A stretch of 64,000 nt of DNA from Callorhinchus milii (Eukaryota): assembly GCF_018977255.1 (NCBI RefSeq), contig NW_024704742.1, positions 36,892,001 through 36,956,000 on the forward strand, read 5' to 3'. Below, piece by piece: positions 23,411-35,980 of this stretch (its first letter is position 1; each line of letters opens with the position of its first letter). A program made the position numbers and the translations under genes. The notes beneath the pieces were generated by a model that searched no databases, had not been told where the DNA came from, and saw nothing but the letters and a program-made list of their open reading frames with translations.

Positions 23411-25589
23411 TTAGAGGATGAGGCTGTAGGACATATGTGCTCTGGTCGAACAGTCAGTGAGGGCAGAGGAATGCTGAAAAAGAGAATGAAGAAACCATAC
23501 TAGCAGAGCTCTCAGTTACATGGTGGTGGTTAATTTGGGCTATTTCTTAATGGGATTTCCATGTCACGCAAGTGAGGATTCCTTCCGGTAACCAGACACA
23601 CATCAGGCTGAGCCGCAGCAACTTTGCTCCAACGGATCTATTTTCAGAGCATAATTCCCACATTTGGATGGGACACAAATCCATTTTCAAGGCATCTTGT
23701 AAAGAATGCCCAAATTATCATTGTTTGGTAAATGAGAAGCTCAGCACAACCACTGAAACTGATCTACATCTATCTCAAATAATAATAACCCTTATGCCTC
23801 CAACTAAAAAAAATGGATCCAGGTTTCCTCATTGTCATTGGAACAATCACCAAAACATGTACATTTGCACTGAGTTTAATATTGAAGCATACATGTTCAT
23901 TTTAAAATAACAGAATCACTGCACTTTATCTCATGCTGGAAAGCTCAGTCATACCTAAGTGCCCATAACTCACACCATCACTGCTTGCTATTCAGAGCTA
24001 CCCATGTGTGTAATAGGTATTGACAGGGGTTGAGAGGAATGTTGGACACAGACCGAGCTACTAAATTCCCTAATGGATTGTTCTGCTCATGAACACCAAA
24101 AAGAAACTGGATTAAAGTTGACTTTGTTTGTAATTAGTTTGTAATTTATAAAAAGCAGCAAGTGTTGTACAGCAACACTGAAGCACTCCAATGACTCCAC
24201 TTCCAAATTAGGGACTTTGGACAATATCAGGAAAATTGATTAACTTAGCAGCTCGGCTGTCAGGTGGAATTGCTGTGATCTGTTCACAGAATCAGAGCAT
24301 GATTCCCAACCAGAGGATCAGTAATTAGAGATCCTATTGCACTATTGAAAAAGAGAAGGGAATTTTTCTTGATATCATGGCCAACAATCCCCAGATAAAA
24401 TTAATCATTCACTTCTTGGCTATTTGTGGGATATTGTACAAATTGTGTGGAACAAACAAGTCCGTTCGAACTTGGCACCATTGGTGCTCCTGGCCTAAGG
24501 CTTGATGTGGTATTTGTATCTTAACAGTTGCAGTTACACCGGGATCATTTTCCACTGAAAATTGAGCCTTGAATGTCCAACCAGCTGAACCCTACCCTGA
24601 CTAGGACAACGTACTAAGGGAGGGAGAAAGGAATGGGAATAACTCAATGAAAAGAGAGTAACAGTTCAGGATGCAACAAACAGAGGCTTTGGTGTGTAAG
24701 CTTTAACTGCTGAACAGTCATCAATAAGACTGGTTAATTTATCAGTTATTCACTGGTCTCTTGTCTTAAGACTCCTCCGCTCAATAGTTTGCAGCTGCTT
24801 TACAATGTAAATAGGAGTTAAATACTCAGCATTCTTGAGAAATTGGCAGATATTCCCATTAGATGGGTTGCTTCAGAATAACAAGTGTAATTCAGCTACC
24901 TTCAGGGTTGAAGTACCCAGGTTGTCCATACTTTGAAGTTAACATCTGTGTAGTTTGGGCTCTATTATATTAATATAGCAATTACGTAGCAACTGATGAG
25001 AGTTCTATTTGGATAGATGGAAATTAGTACAGTCAACATTCATTAGTCAGCTGACAATTATAAAGCAGAGAACATAGTATGGGTTTTTGAGTTCTCTTTT
25101 GCTGTGGATTCTGCACAGTGTAAATGCAGCAACAATCTCACAATACTGTTAATAATGTACTCTGGGACTGTGGGAACATATGCCATGTAACGTGCATTAA
25201 ACAGAGGACCAGCTGAAGTGTACCATTGTGCATGCCTGCTCAAAAATATATTGAATTAAATTGTAGCTTTTTTACTAAGTTAATTAATAACTTGTCTGTG
25301 CCCTCCAATAGGTAGTGTACTGCCTGCCCTCTCTGCTGAGGGATGTATGTGACGTGTGGTCACAGCCTTGGTATTGCTCTTCAGTCTGGGCTCCCGATTC
25401 ATAAGTTTGTACATTGCATCTGTCAGAAAATTGCCAAATGATTCATTTAGGAATTGTGTGAAATTGACAAGATTTTCTGCAAAAGGAAAACGTGCAGTTT
25501 TTACCTTGCGTGCGACAGAGCTGTGTGAGCGAATGCAGGCTGAAGATAACTGAGAGATAATAATAAATAATAATCCTTGCATTTGATAT

Positions 25590-25937
25590 ACAACAACAAC
25601 AACAAGATTGCATTTATAGAGTGGCTTTTACGTCGGGAGGACGTCCCAAGGTGCTGGACAGTTGGGTCGGGACCCGAGCAGGGGGGAAATGGTCAGGGTG
25701 AGGGGAGGGAATGGAGGGAGCGAGGAGGGGGTAGGGGAGGTGAAGGCACGGTTGAAGAGAAAGGTCTTGAGACCGGCCTTGAAGGAGGAAAGGGAGGAGG
25801 CAAGGCGAAGGTACTGGGGGATGGAGTTCCAGAGCATAGGGGCTGAGAGGCTGAAGGCCCGGCCACCGATGGTAGGGCGGTTAGGGAGGGGGGTGTGGAG
25901 CAGACCGGAGCCAGAGGAACGGAGGGTACGAGCAGGT
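25590..25937 (-). mobile_element. L2 LINE 3' fragment nested in a SINE
   Basis: LPARTLRSSGSGLLHTPLPNRPTIGGRAFSLSAPMLWNSIP...FKAGLKTFLF; (TTG)n tail. Confidence 0.9.
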
Positions 25938-26014
25938 AAGTATATATATATATATGTAAGTATATAGCGCCTTATAATGTCATTGAGACGTCTCAAAACG
26001 CTTCACAGAATATA

Positions 26015-26123
26015 CAGGGTGACCAAAAAGTTGTGATATCTATCCTATTATGTAAAAAAACTATTATAATTTCTTTAAGACTTATCGCATTGTAATGGTA
26101 TCACAACTTTTTTGGTCTTCCTG
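26015..26123 (+). mobile_element. 109-bp Tc1/mariner-type MITE with TA target duplication
   Basis: TIRs cagggtgaccaaaaagttgtgata / tatcacaacttttttggtcttcctg, flanked by TA; removing it restores the host SINE sequence. Confidence 0.85.
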
Positions 26124-29100
26124 TACTATAAAGTGAATTGACTGTATGTTTTGTGGGCAAAATGTTTTCACATATTTTAGGAGATGCTTACACATGAATT
26201 CGTACTATCTGAATATTAGATATAGCTGGTACTCTTAACTGGCTCAAGAGGCTTTGTAGGTGCAAAAGTTGTGGTGTGCCATTGTCACTTAACAGATTAA
26301 TAGCCTCACAGCTCATCCCATTTCACAATGTCTCGATTGCTATTTTGCATAGCTCACGCCTACTCCAGAGCTGCCTCCCACCTACTCTTGCCACCAACAC
26401 CCCCCTCCCAACCACCTTTCCCCATTATCATCTCAGCTTCATTCAGTCAGGGGAGAAGCAAGGTGGAGCTCAGCTCACCTTGTTGTGACCTTGTGGCTGG
26501 CATTTGGTACCTGTTTTCCCAGAGCAGTGTGGTAGGTAGGCAGTTTCCCATTCCTCTCTGATAGAGTCATGGGAGAAACTGCAGAAGAAATAGCCTACAC
26601 CAGATGTGTAGCTGTGTAAAGCAAATTCAAAACAACTGCAGCTGCTGACTCTCATGGTGGATGCTGCCCCATGCAAATGGATTACATTTGTGTACAAGGT
26701 GAGAAGCAAGCCCTTGCTGCCTTTTTTTCAAATCAGAAAACATGCTCTGACTACCAACTTCACGTGATGCCTTTCAATAGTTTAGTGAAATGAAGCAACT
26801 TAGCTGTAAAGCACAGCTGCTCTGCCATTTCGATTCAGAATGGTATGACATCGATTGTGTTCAATAGCCGCTGTAGCAATTAATGAAATTTAGTCATTGA
26901 TTTGTGCTTCAGTTCTTAAATAACCGTTTCAAGGGCCATTAACTGTTTTATCGCTAGTGTTTTCTTAACGCTGACATTTGCCATGACGAGAGCTGGGCTG
27001 CTGTTTATTGGTAAAGAATGCATTAGAAAAATCATCACACAGAGAAAAAAAAACATCTGCTTTCTGTTGTAATGCAGTTGGAATGATTTCAGTTTGTTTC
27101 AGCTGTTTCCAGTGAGGTTCTGGCAGTTTTGTTGATTGGCTGTCACTTATGTCCGCATCTCTTGGTCATAGTTTATTCAAACGTTTGCGGGGGAGTTTTT
27201 CCATGAGAAATTCCAGTTATGGTAACTGATTTGGGGGTGATCAAGATGGGGAAAACACAGATGATAACAGCAGGTATAAAGAAAGCCAGAGATGCACTGC
27301 CACATTTGAATCCCTTATTAAATATAGTGAATGGTCTAAAATAGCTACTAGAAAGATCTCCATGTCCCTCAGAGTGCTGGGTAGAGGAGGGGTGTTTTAG
27401 CACAGTCCGAGCAATGAAGTGGTAGTTTTAAACACATCTGCTTTTCTAATTACCACGGAAGACAAGATAAAAGCTGACCTGTTGTTTTAGCTCCAGTAAT
27501 CCTTTCATCCAAATCGTTTTGTGCCATTTTCACGTCATGCGCATAGAGAGAGAGGACAGAGATTCGGTATGTTTCTTGCCTTTGCTAACTTTATTTCAAG
27601 ACCTGCAGTACAGTGTCTCTGCTTTTGTACATTATCTATTCAGCTCCTCGCTTCATGGAGTGGGGTGGAGAATCAGCAAGTACTGTATTCTTTTGGACAT
27701 TACTAAACTTGTAATGGTAATATTGGCCTGTATGGGGCCAATATAAGTAATCAGACTAAAGCGGATTTAACTACAATGAAAGTGTGACATTTGACTTGTG
27801 CTTCTAACCACTGAGACTGCTTACGCAACATATCCACTTGACATTAAATACACTTGATGTCTTCCAAACCTTTTGTGAGGGTCTTAATGCCAGTCTCCAA
27901 TGTAATTATGTGGATCGGTTATCAAAGACCAGATCAAATGAAGTTTGATGCAGTGACAAAGATCAAACACTAGCCTGAAGCAGTTAAATACAGAGAATTG
28001 TCACTGCTGTGGCTGCTTTACCTTGTTTACTTGATCACTGTCAATACTGTGTGGAATATAAAGCCTTCATTCAATGTGAATTTCAGTAGAAAGTGTGCCT
28101 CAAAGAATATATGGCAATATAAATGGATCGTAACAACTAAATATTTCCAATTCAATGTGTATCTTTCATCAGAGGATTATGTCTAACTCGAGCGGAATAG
28201 CATGTGTCGTGTTATTGTCATTGTCATTGTGCAGAGTGTATGTGTTTATGTACATAATGCGGAGGTCTAAAGTGTGACATTCAAAACTGAATTTGTTATC
28301 TTAATATATTGTTTTTTAGATGCTTGTTTACAGAATGCAGGGAAATTATCAGAAGCACTTTGAGACATCCTCCTGACCTGAAAGGCGCTGTATCAAATAG
28401 GTTATTATTATTTTTATTTACACATAATACTTATGTTTATTAAAAATAATAATGACAAAATTGGGTTCAGATATATCAATCTTTCCTATCACTGTTTGCC
28501 CGCCAGACCTTTTTATTCAGCTGTCAACTTGGAATTTATGATTTGCCAGCCAGAAACCTCGCAATTAACAAAACAAATCCAAAGTGGGAATGTCACATTT
28601 TAACCACCATTATCTGGACAATGTGTTGATGCTGTGATACAGTTCATTGAGATACATATTATTTGGCAATGTCCCTCAGAATAAGAGGTAACATGTGGAA
28701 CTTACTGGGCACTGTAGAGGCTATAACTCTGTATTTCCAGCTACTGAATGATATTGAATGAGAATATCATCTTTTCTACTATAGTATCCTATCTGTCTAG
28801 AAAATTAGCCCTGACTAACATTTTAACATTTTACTGCAGGGGTGAGGGTGGGTAGGGGAGGTGTATATTCTGTGCCAAGAGTGGTTAATGTGTTCAAATC
28901 TCTGAAAACCAGGTCTAAATGGATGCTATTTTGGAATCAACTTAAACACAGGGTTGACAAGGTGCTCGAAAGAGAAAAGTGCAGTGTAAATGACGCACAG
29001 TGGAACAACATCTTGGGGCCTGAAAAAGAAGGATTCCTCCAGGGAAATTCCTGTCGTCACACCAACTCATGGGAACTCTGCTTCAAGGCATTATTTTCGC

Positions 29101-30139
29101 TACATTTTTCCCATTCGAGCTGCTTTGTTTGCCCATTGTGTGCGAACTCTGTTCAGTCCTTTTAGGTTCGGCATTAAGCTGACGGACTCAGGGAAATGAC
29201 TCTCCCTGAGACAGCTGGTTCAGTAAGTTTTTAGATCACACATTAAAATAAGCCCGAATAGTTTTGAGAGGGAATATGAACAGAATAAAGAAAAGTCTGA
29301 GTTGCACAATATGCAGAATAAGCCCATTGCAGTACAAATCATAACACAAAAGAGTCAAGTCTATGATGAATGCGGTAGGAACCAGAGCAAAGGACAGCTG
29401 GTCTGGTAGCGGACTTGTTGTTTTAGTCACTGTGAGTGTGTCATTTACTATTTCACTCAAAGTTGCTTTTAATGAGCTGCAGCCACATGTTTACGGGAAA
29501 GATCAGTCTGGTTGTAGTGCAGCTGAGTAGCCCTGGTACTTTTGTTCACTGCAGACCCACTGACAGGAAGAAGTGAAGTCTGCATGACCTTGCTGCAACC
29601 CCAACAGTTGTTGTTTGTACAGCCTGTGTCTAATTGAGTGGCATTAGGGTTCCTGTAGGGTTCCTGCACTGACTGGATGAACTTTGTATGCACCGTGGTA
29701 ATAAGTCATTAATGCAATAAGTAATCATCAGCAATGTGATCTTCAGTCTTCCCAAGAATGTTGCTGTCTAAATTCACAGAGTAAATGTTGATGCCTTTCT
29801 TTTGGGCACTTTTATCTTGTACGTGCTGCTCGTACACTCCAATTGTGACCTCTGTGTGCAAGTCGTATTCTCCACAGAGCTTGGGAGACCAGTAATCCAG
29901 GGACCAATAAAGGGTTGTTGAGGTAAGTAACATCAACCCATGGTTTTATTGAGGAACTGCAGTGGTTAGTAAACTAACATAATTGAAGCAATAAAACTTC
30001 TAAGTTGTAATAACAACTAGTAGCCTAATACCTGTTTATATTCTACTCCTACCATTAACAGCAGTCCTCTAATCCCATGCTCTCTGAAACTCTCACAACA
30101 CCCTTCACCTTGTGTCTTACTGGTTTCGAAACCCTCTTA

Positions 30140-30660
30140 AAAGCCCCATGTCAGGGACATTAAGTCTACACTGGCAATCCAGTTCAGTACTGTGGCAGTA
30201 CTGCATTTTCTGAGATGCCGTTCTTTGGATGTGTCATTAAACTGAGGTTCTGACTGCCTATTCAGGAGAATGTAAAAGATTCCAATAGCACTATTTGAAA
30301 AAAGAATAAAAATAATAATATTCCTTGCATTTGATATAGCGCTTTTCACGTCTTCTCGATGTCTCAAAGCGCTTCACAGACTGTAAAGTGAATTGACAGT
30401 ATATTTGTGGGCGAAACGTGGCAGCCAATTGCATACAGCAGTATCCCACAAACAGTCGTGGATTGAAAATGATCAATTTATTATTGTTTTGTTTTGGAGG
30501 GATTATTATTAGGTGTGTGGAGTAAGCAAACTTGCCCAAGGTTTCGCCCTGCCTGGAAATGAACCCAGGTGTCTCGCTTGCAAGGCGAGTGCTCTAACCA
30601 CTGAGCTACAGGACTCCAGAAGTGAGTTTCTCCTAGTATCTTGGTCAACAATCTTCCACA
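30140..30660 (+). mobile_element. Deu-domain SINE split by an antisense family A SINE
   Basis: The Deu core at 30200-30305 resumes at about 30618 (gaagtgagtttctcctagtatcttgg). Confidence 0.7.
30306..30617 (-). mobile_element. tRNA-SINE family A, full length
   Basis: Reverse complement begins ggagtcctgtagctcagtggttagagcactcgccttgcaagcgag. Confidence 0.9.
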
Positions 30661-31399
30661 ATAGTTGGGCATTCAGTTCATGGGTGTGTGTGCATGCATT
30701 GGCTGGGTATAAGTGCAAAAGTTAGCTGCCAAGTTAATCTATAGATACATGGTCATCACACTTGACAGCAATAACAACAACTTTGTTGTACAGCTGTACT
30801 GCACAGTAGTTCCCTATGAAACACTTTGAGGCATTTGATATAGGCACTGTATCAAAGCAAGCATTATTATTTATTATTAACAACTTAACGCTTTGACCAT
30901 AATATCCTCAAACTATCCCCCTCCTGCCTTCCAACTCCATTATCTCCACTACCTTTGTGAAGCATCTTATATGAAAGGCGCTATATAAATGCAAGTTGGT
31001 TTTGACAGCAAGTGCATTTTCAGAAGCAGTTATTGCCAGAAACATGAGTTCTCTTTGCCTTCAGAGACAACATGGCCAAGAGCAGACAGTACTTCCTGCT
31101 ACCTTTGGTAGCGACAGCTGACAGTTCTAATTGGGGGAGGTAGGGAGGAGAAAAGCTCTAAAAGCCAGTGATCAGTAACTTACATGCACCTAACCTAGAG
31201 GATAAAGAAACATCTGCAGCCAGAAGTTTGCTACTTTGCTACTTTGAAAGCAATTGCATTGGTACTTATGTTCACAAGTCATAAATTGCAGCATTGTCAG
31301 TAGTGGAATGCTCCACAATGTGATATAGTATAAGTCTATTATAATCCCCCCAGTGTCGCACAGTGTAGCTTGTAGGTATAACTCTGCTGTCCTGTGGAT

Positions 31400-31850
31400 C
31401 TGCATTAACCGGAAGTGCAATACTCCTGGTTTCCGGTGCTACCTCACCAGCTTTCCGAGAGCAAAAATGTCCAACTACCAGGTCATCAGGTTGCTACTGA
31501 TGCGCAGGAAGCGTCGTTGATGTCACTTCCCTGAGTGTTATGTACGTTTGCATTGTACAGGAAGTGCTGCTGATGCCACTTGGTGAAGGATTGGCACCAA
31601 AAGCAACACCAAATTACATGTGTATAGCGCCTTTCACATCGGGAAAACATCCCAAGGGGCTGAAGCATTTCCTGTGGATATTGCATATGTGTAGCATGCA
31701 TGAAATAATGTCAGGAAAGCATTTTACGCATAGAGCCAGTGCACATAACCTGTAGCAAGTAACAGCAATGACCTGGAGACTCAGAAGTCAGCCTTTTTTT
31801 TTGCTCTTTGTTTTAAGACGGGACCACTGCATTATAACAGGGTTGCTCTG
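31400..31850. mobile_element. Degenerate Tigger/pogo-like non-autonomous DNA element (related to 39977-40265)
   Basis: End ...cattataacagggttgctctg; internal gacttctg..tc..caggtca.tgct motif shared with 40087-40113. Confidence 0.45.
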
Positions 31851-33095
31851 CGTAACACACCCTCATACAGTGTGGAATACATGTCAACATGCAAAAAATG
31901 CTGTCTGTCTCCATTAATATATTTAGGAAGTATGCTTACAATTAAAGGAGAAGTTAGTTATAATGGCCAGTACTCAATGTTCAGTGACAATGAAAAGCTA
32001 TACATTTTTATAGCTTGTTTCATTTTGGGAGGACATTCCAAGGCGCTTAACAATAATGGCTTGGCACCTGAGCTGACAATGGGTCCGAGGTGGGGTGGGG
32101 AGGAGAAAAAGGACCGAAAACTCGGTCGAAGAGGCTGCAAGGATTTTCTTCAATTGTAGTCACTTTCTGTACATAGCATTGCTGTCTGTACTTAGATTGT
32201 TTTCCAAGACTTTTGTGAGATGCTTTTCCCACTAAGCTAATCTAGTACTAATAGGGGTCCACAGAGGAGCCTTTAAAGTGTAATTGTACATTGATAGAAT
32301 GCTTTGCAAAAAAGAAAGCATTTGGTATGCGGGAAGAGGAGAAGAATGCTTAATGTTTGCAATACTTGCCCCAAGAGTTTTGCTTTTTCTTTAATAATTT
32401 AATGGGGTAAGGGCCATGGGGCTGAATGAAATATATGTATTTTTTCAAAAGCGGTATTGAAACGCCTGCAATCAAATGATGTATTTAATAATGAAAGTGA
32501 TTGTATAATGTGTAAAAATGAATCTCACGGAGCCAAGTTGCACAGCACTTATATCATAGCAGCACAGGACAAACATAATAATCACATTCATTCAGCACTG
32601 TCTAATTTTCAATTGAATATTTATGGTCTGCAGTATCTGATCTAATGGCTGAACTGCAGGAGCTCCATGATAAACGGGAAAGTCTTTCACCTTCATTATT
32701 TGCCACTAAATCCTGTTGAATACACATGAAATGCCAGATACTTTGCTAAATTGAGGCAGTACTGGCATCAGAGAGAATTTTTTTTCATGTTTAAACATGG
32801 AAGTATATGTTTGCATTGGGTCTGCATGTTCCAGAGGCATCGATTTAGACTATTAAATATTCTATATATGAATTTAACAGCAGTCTTACCCTGGTTGGTC
32901 TCTTCGTGAACCTATCAGTTAGTTTTGAAGCAACCTTTTAATAGAAGAGGAACATGCAGTGGAGAACACAATGTGGCTTTCAGTCACAAAGATGCCGCCA
33001 CTGGTCAGCATGCCTAGTTTACTATTTACAAGTCTGGTTATAAATACTCAAGAGAGAAATTCCACCTGTTTCCATATTTACTTTATTAACGTGGT

Positions 33096-33245
33096 ATTTC
33101 GGAGTGTCCAGAATTTGGCAAATTGTTGAATTCATTGTTAACTTTGAAGTGATTTTTCTGTAGTTCTTAAAACAATCTTACAGAAAACTACTTTCAAAAT
33201 TAAGGCTCTATTCAAGAATCTGCCAAATTTTGCTCGCTCTGAAAT
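33096..33245. repeat. Imperfect ~150-bp foldback palindrome
   Basis: atttcggagtg..cagaatttggcaaattgttgaat pairs with attcaagaatctgccaaattttgctcgctctgaaat; the inner arms also pair. Confidence 0.7.
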
Positions 33246-34580
33246 GTTACATAAATGAAGTAAATCTAGACTCGGGTGGAATCTCTCTCTAATGTCAGCA
33301 CAATTAGATTGGAGTTTAATGTAAACTATACAATCTTGGATAGGAATTTGTATATTGTGAGATCCTGGTTCCATTTTAATTTGATGCAAGAAATGCAACA
33401 TTTTGAACTGGAGTTAATGAATACGATGACTCAAAGATATGAAAAAACATGAACTTGAAGATACTTTGGATGTGATATTAAACCCCGCTGCCTATTCAGG
33501 TGGATGTTAAACATCACGTGGCATTATTTGAAAATAAAAAAGGAATTTCTTCCAGTGTCCTGGCCAATAATCCCCTGGATAAAATTGGTCATTCACTTCT
33601 TGGATATTTGTGGGATATTGATGCGAACAAATTGCCTGTCATGTTTGCCTAGAAAATACAGTCACTATACGTCACATGAAAACTGCAAAGATTATAATAA
33701 TGGTACTGTGTGCATGTAAAAGTATTTCACTAACTTTTTCTTCCATCTCCTTACAATTAATAGCCAATATCAATCGTATTAATCACAATCAATAAACGTT
33801 ATTGATGGCTCTTCTTTACCCGCCTTCTAAATAAACAAAACGTTTGCCAGATACTTTTTCACCAGGGCAAGTGACCCATAAGTAGATTGTACACAACAGC
33901 ACCATGGAGTGGTGAGAGCTGGGCATGCATCCACAACTACTGGTGTGATTGTGAGATGCTCAGGAAAGACTGCTAGTAGTGTTTTTGTCCAGTTAAATTG
34001 AGCAAATTTTCCAGTTCATCTAGTTATTCCTGACCTGGATCCTAATTCATTCCTGCAACATTCACAAAGCATATTCTGCAGCAGCACGAAGCAATCGTGA
34101 AACTACCAATTTAGCAATATGATACAACAGACTACAGAATACTGCAGCATATGGTGCTTTTCACATTGGGAGGATGTCTTAAAGTGCAAATGGAAAATTA
34201 ATAAATAGAAAACAAATAAAACTAGGTCAATGGAAAAAAAGCAGTACAGAGCCACTTTAATTTCATAGAGGACACACTACATTCTGTAATTCACTGCTCA
34301 GTCCCAGATGATTTTATCTTGTACTCATATGCTAACTAGGGAAGATGTATCATTGTCCTTTCACGAGGTCACACTTGTTTATATAGTAGTTGGGCAGAAA
34401 TTGAAGATCAGGGGAATGATAAGATAAATCAGCAGATGGTACAAAAGTGTGGTGCATGTCCAATGCAGGAGGTCACAGAGGTCACAAAAGGTGACAGAAG
34501 GAAGAGCAGTAACAGCTGGAAGGATGGCACTGTTATCTGTCTTTGGCACAAGCGATTGGAGTTGAAATTAATCTTGTATC

Positions 34581-34801
34581 CAAAAAGACACAAAATACTG
34601 CAGATGCTGGAAATTTGAAAACAAAAACAGAAGTCGCTGGGAGCACTCAGCAGGACAGGCAGCATCTATGGGGAAAGGAAAGTGAGTCAACGTGAATGTT
34701 CTGACGAAGTGTCGTGGACCCGAAACATTGACTCACTTTCCTTTCTCCATAGATGCTGCCTGACCTGCTGAGTGTTCCCAGCGACTTTTGTTTTTGTTTT
34801 T
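34581..34801 (+). mobile_element. Penelope-like palindromic element with minimal hammerhead ribozyme core, 13-bp TSD
   Basis: ~75-bp inverted arms (34618-34692 / 34725-34800); CTGACGA(34701)-stem-GAAA(34722); flanking direct repeat ttaatcttgtatc at 34568-34580 and 34802-34814. Confidence 0.8.
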
Positions 34802-35007
34802 TTAATCTTGTATCTGTTGGGTTTAGGGGACAAAATTACAGGAGTTTATCTTCTGATTTTAAAAAGAACTAAAGAAGAGGCTGAATTGTAAATGTTAGGG
34901 TGAGTTTCATGATGTGTTCCTTGTGTCAACTATCTCACAACACTTTCTGAAATACCACAAATTCATTTCCATTCCTTAATTGTCTCCAAGGTTAACTGAC
35001 CTGTCAG

Positions 35008-35212
35008 GCAACAACAACAACAAATTACATTTGTAAAGTGCCTTTCACGTCGGGAGAACACCCCAAGGCGCTGGACAGTCAGGGATTTGGACCCGTGCTG
35101 GGTGTTGGGATCAGGAGGGGTGGGGGGCACGGAGAGTGGGAGGGTGGCCGAAGACATTGTCGAAGAGGAGGGTCTTGAGACGTGTCTTGAAGGGGGCAAG
35201 GGAGGAAGCAAG
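35008..35212 (-). mobile_element. L2 3' terminal fragment
   Basis: FKTRLKTLLF-type end, 3' stem-loop, (TTG)n. Confidence 0.85.
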
Positions 35213-35296
35213 TCGCTATGCCAAATGGAAGAATTATTATAAGTATATGTTTTTGTATGATATCATGTATGAAGTAGTTTGATAATATACCTTATA

Positions 35297-35405
35297 CAGG
35301 GTGACCAAAAAGTCTTATTTTTCAGTTACCCTATTATCTAAAAAAAATAATTTCTTTAAGACTTATTAAACATTATAATGGTATCACAATATTTTGGTCA
35401 CCTTG
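35297..35405 (+). mobile_element. 109-bp Tc1/mariner-type MITE (second copy)
   Basis: TA-cagggtgaccaaaaa...attttggtcaccttg-TA; internal taatttctttaagacttat shared with the 26015 copy. Confidence 0.82.
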
Positions 35406-35699
35406 TATTTCTGCATGTGCACAGAAGATACATTTCAAGGTAAGTTCCTTCAAAATATAACTAAATATAATAATAATTTGGTCACTCAATGTACGTATGT
35501 GGGACACTGTTGTGCTCAATTGGCTGTCTTGTTTTGCCCACAAAATATCTGGTCAATTCATTTCACAATATATTCTGTGAAGTGCTTTGAGACGTATCAC
35601 TGACATGATAAGATGCTATATCAAATGCAAGTATTATTATTATAAAGTATACTATCAAACTACTTCATACATGATATCATACATACACATATGATATCT

Positions 35700-35980
35700 G
35701 TAATATTCTTTGCATTTGGCATAGCGCTTTTCATGTCATGAGGATGTCTCAAATCACTTTACAGGATTTTACTGTGAAGTGGCGTGAATGATTGTTTGTA
35801 GGCAAATGCGGCAAGCACAATTTCTCACCCAAGTTCCAAAACAGCCATGAAACAAATGACCAATTTTATTTAGGGGGATCGTTGGACACAACACCAGGCG
35901 AAACTCCCTTATCTTTTTAAACCGTGCCATGGGGTCTTTAACATTCATCTGAGCAGGTAGACGGAATCTCAGTTTAACAT
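35700..35980 (-). mobile_element. Deu-domain SINE 3' portion
   Basis: Reverse complement includes gttaaagaccccatggcac and the shared tail. Confidence 0.75.

Larger units (their letters stand above)
25558..26165 (-). mobile_element. SINE tail interrupted by a nested L2 fragment and a MITE
   Basis: The pieces aatccttgcatttgatata / tatagcgccttat...cttcacagaata / ctataaagtgaattgactgta reassemble into the consensus tail. Confidence 0.8.

Noticed and set aside
29560..29940. Gypsy integrase-like remnant (LAHRGH...HADF) on the - strand
   Set aside because: Motif spacing is wrong, there are many stops and no LTRs; could be chance.
35410..35445. Micro-exon ending at the donor-like AAG|GTAAGT (about 35439)
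   Set aside because: No resemblance to ARHGAP24 protein; it lies within a rearranged repeat cluster.
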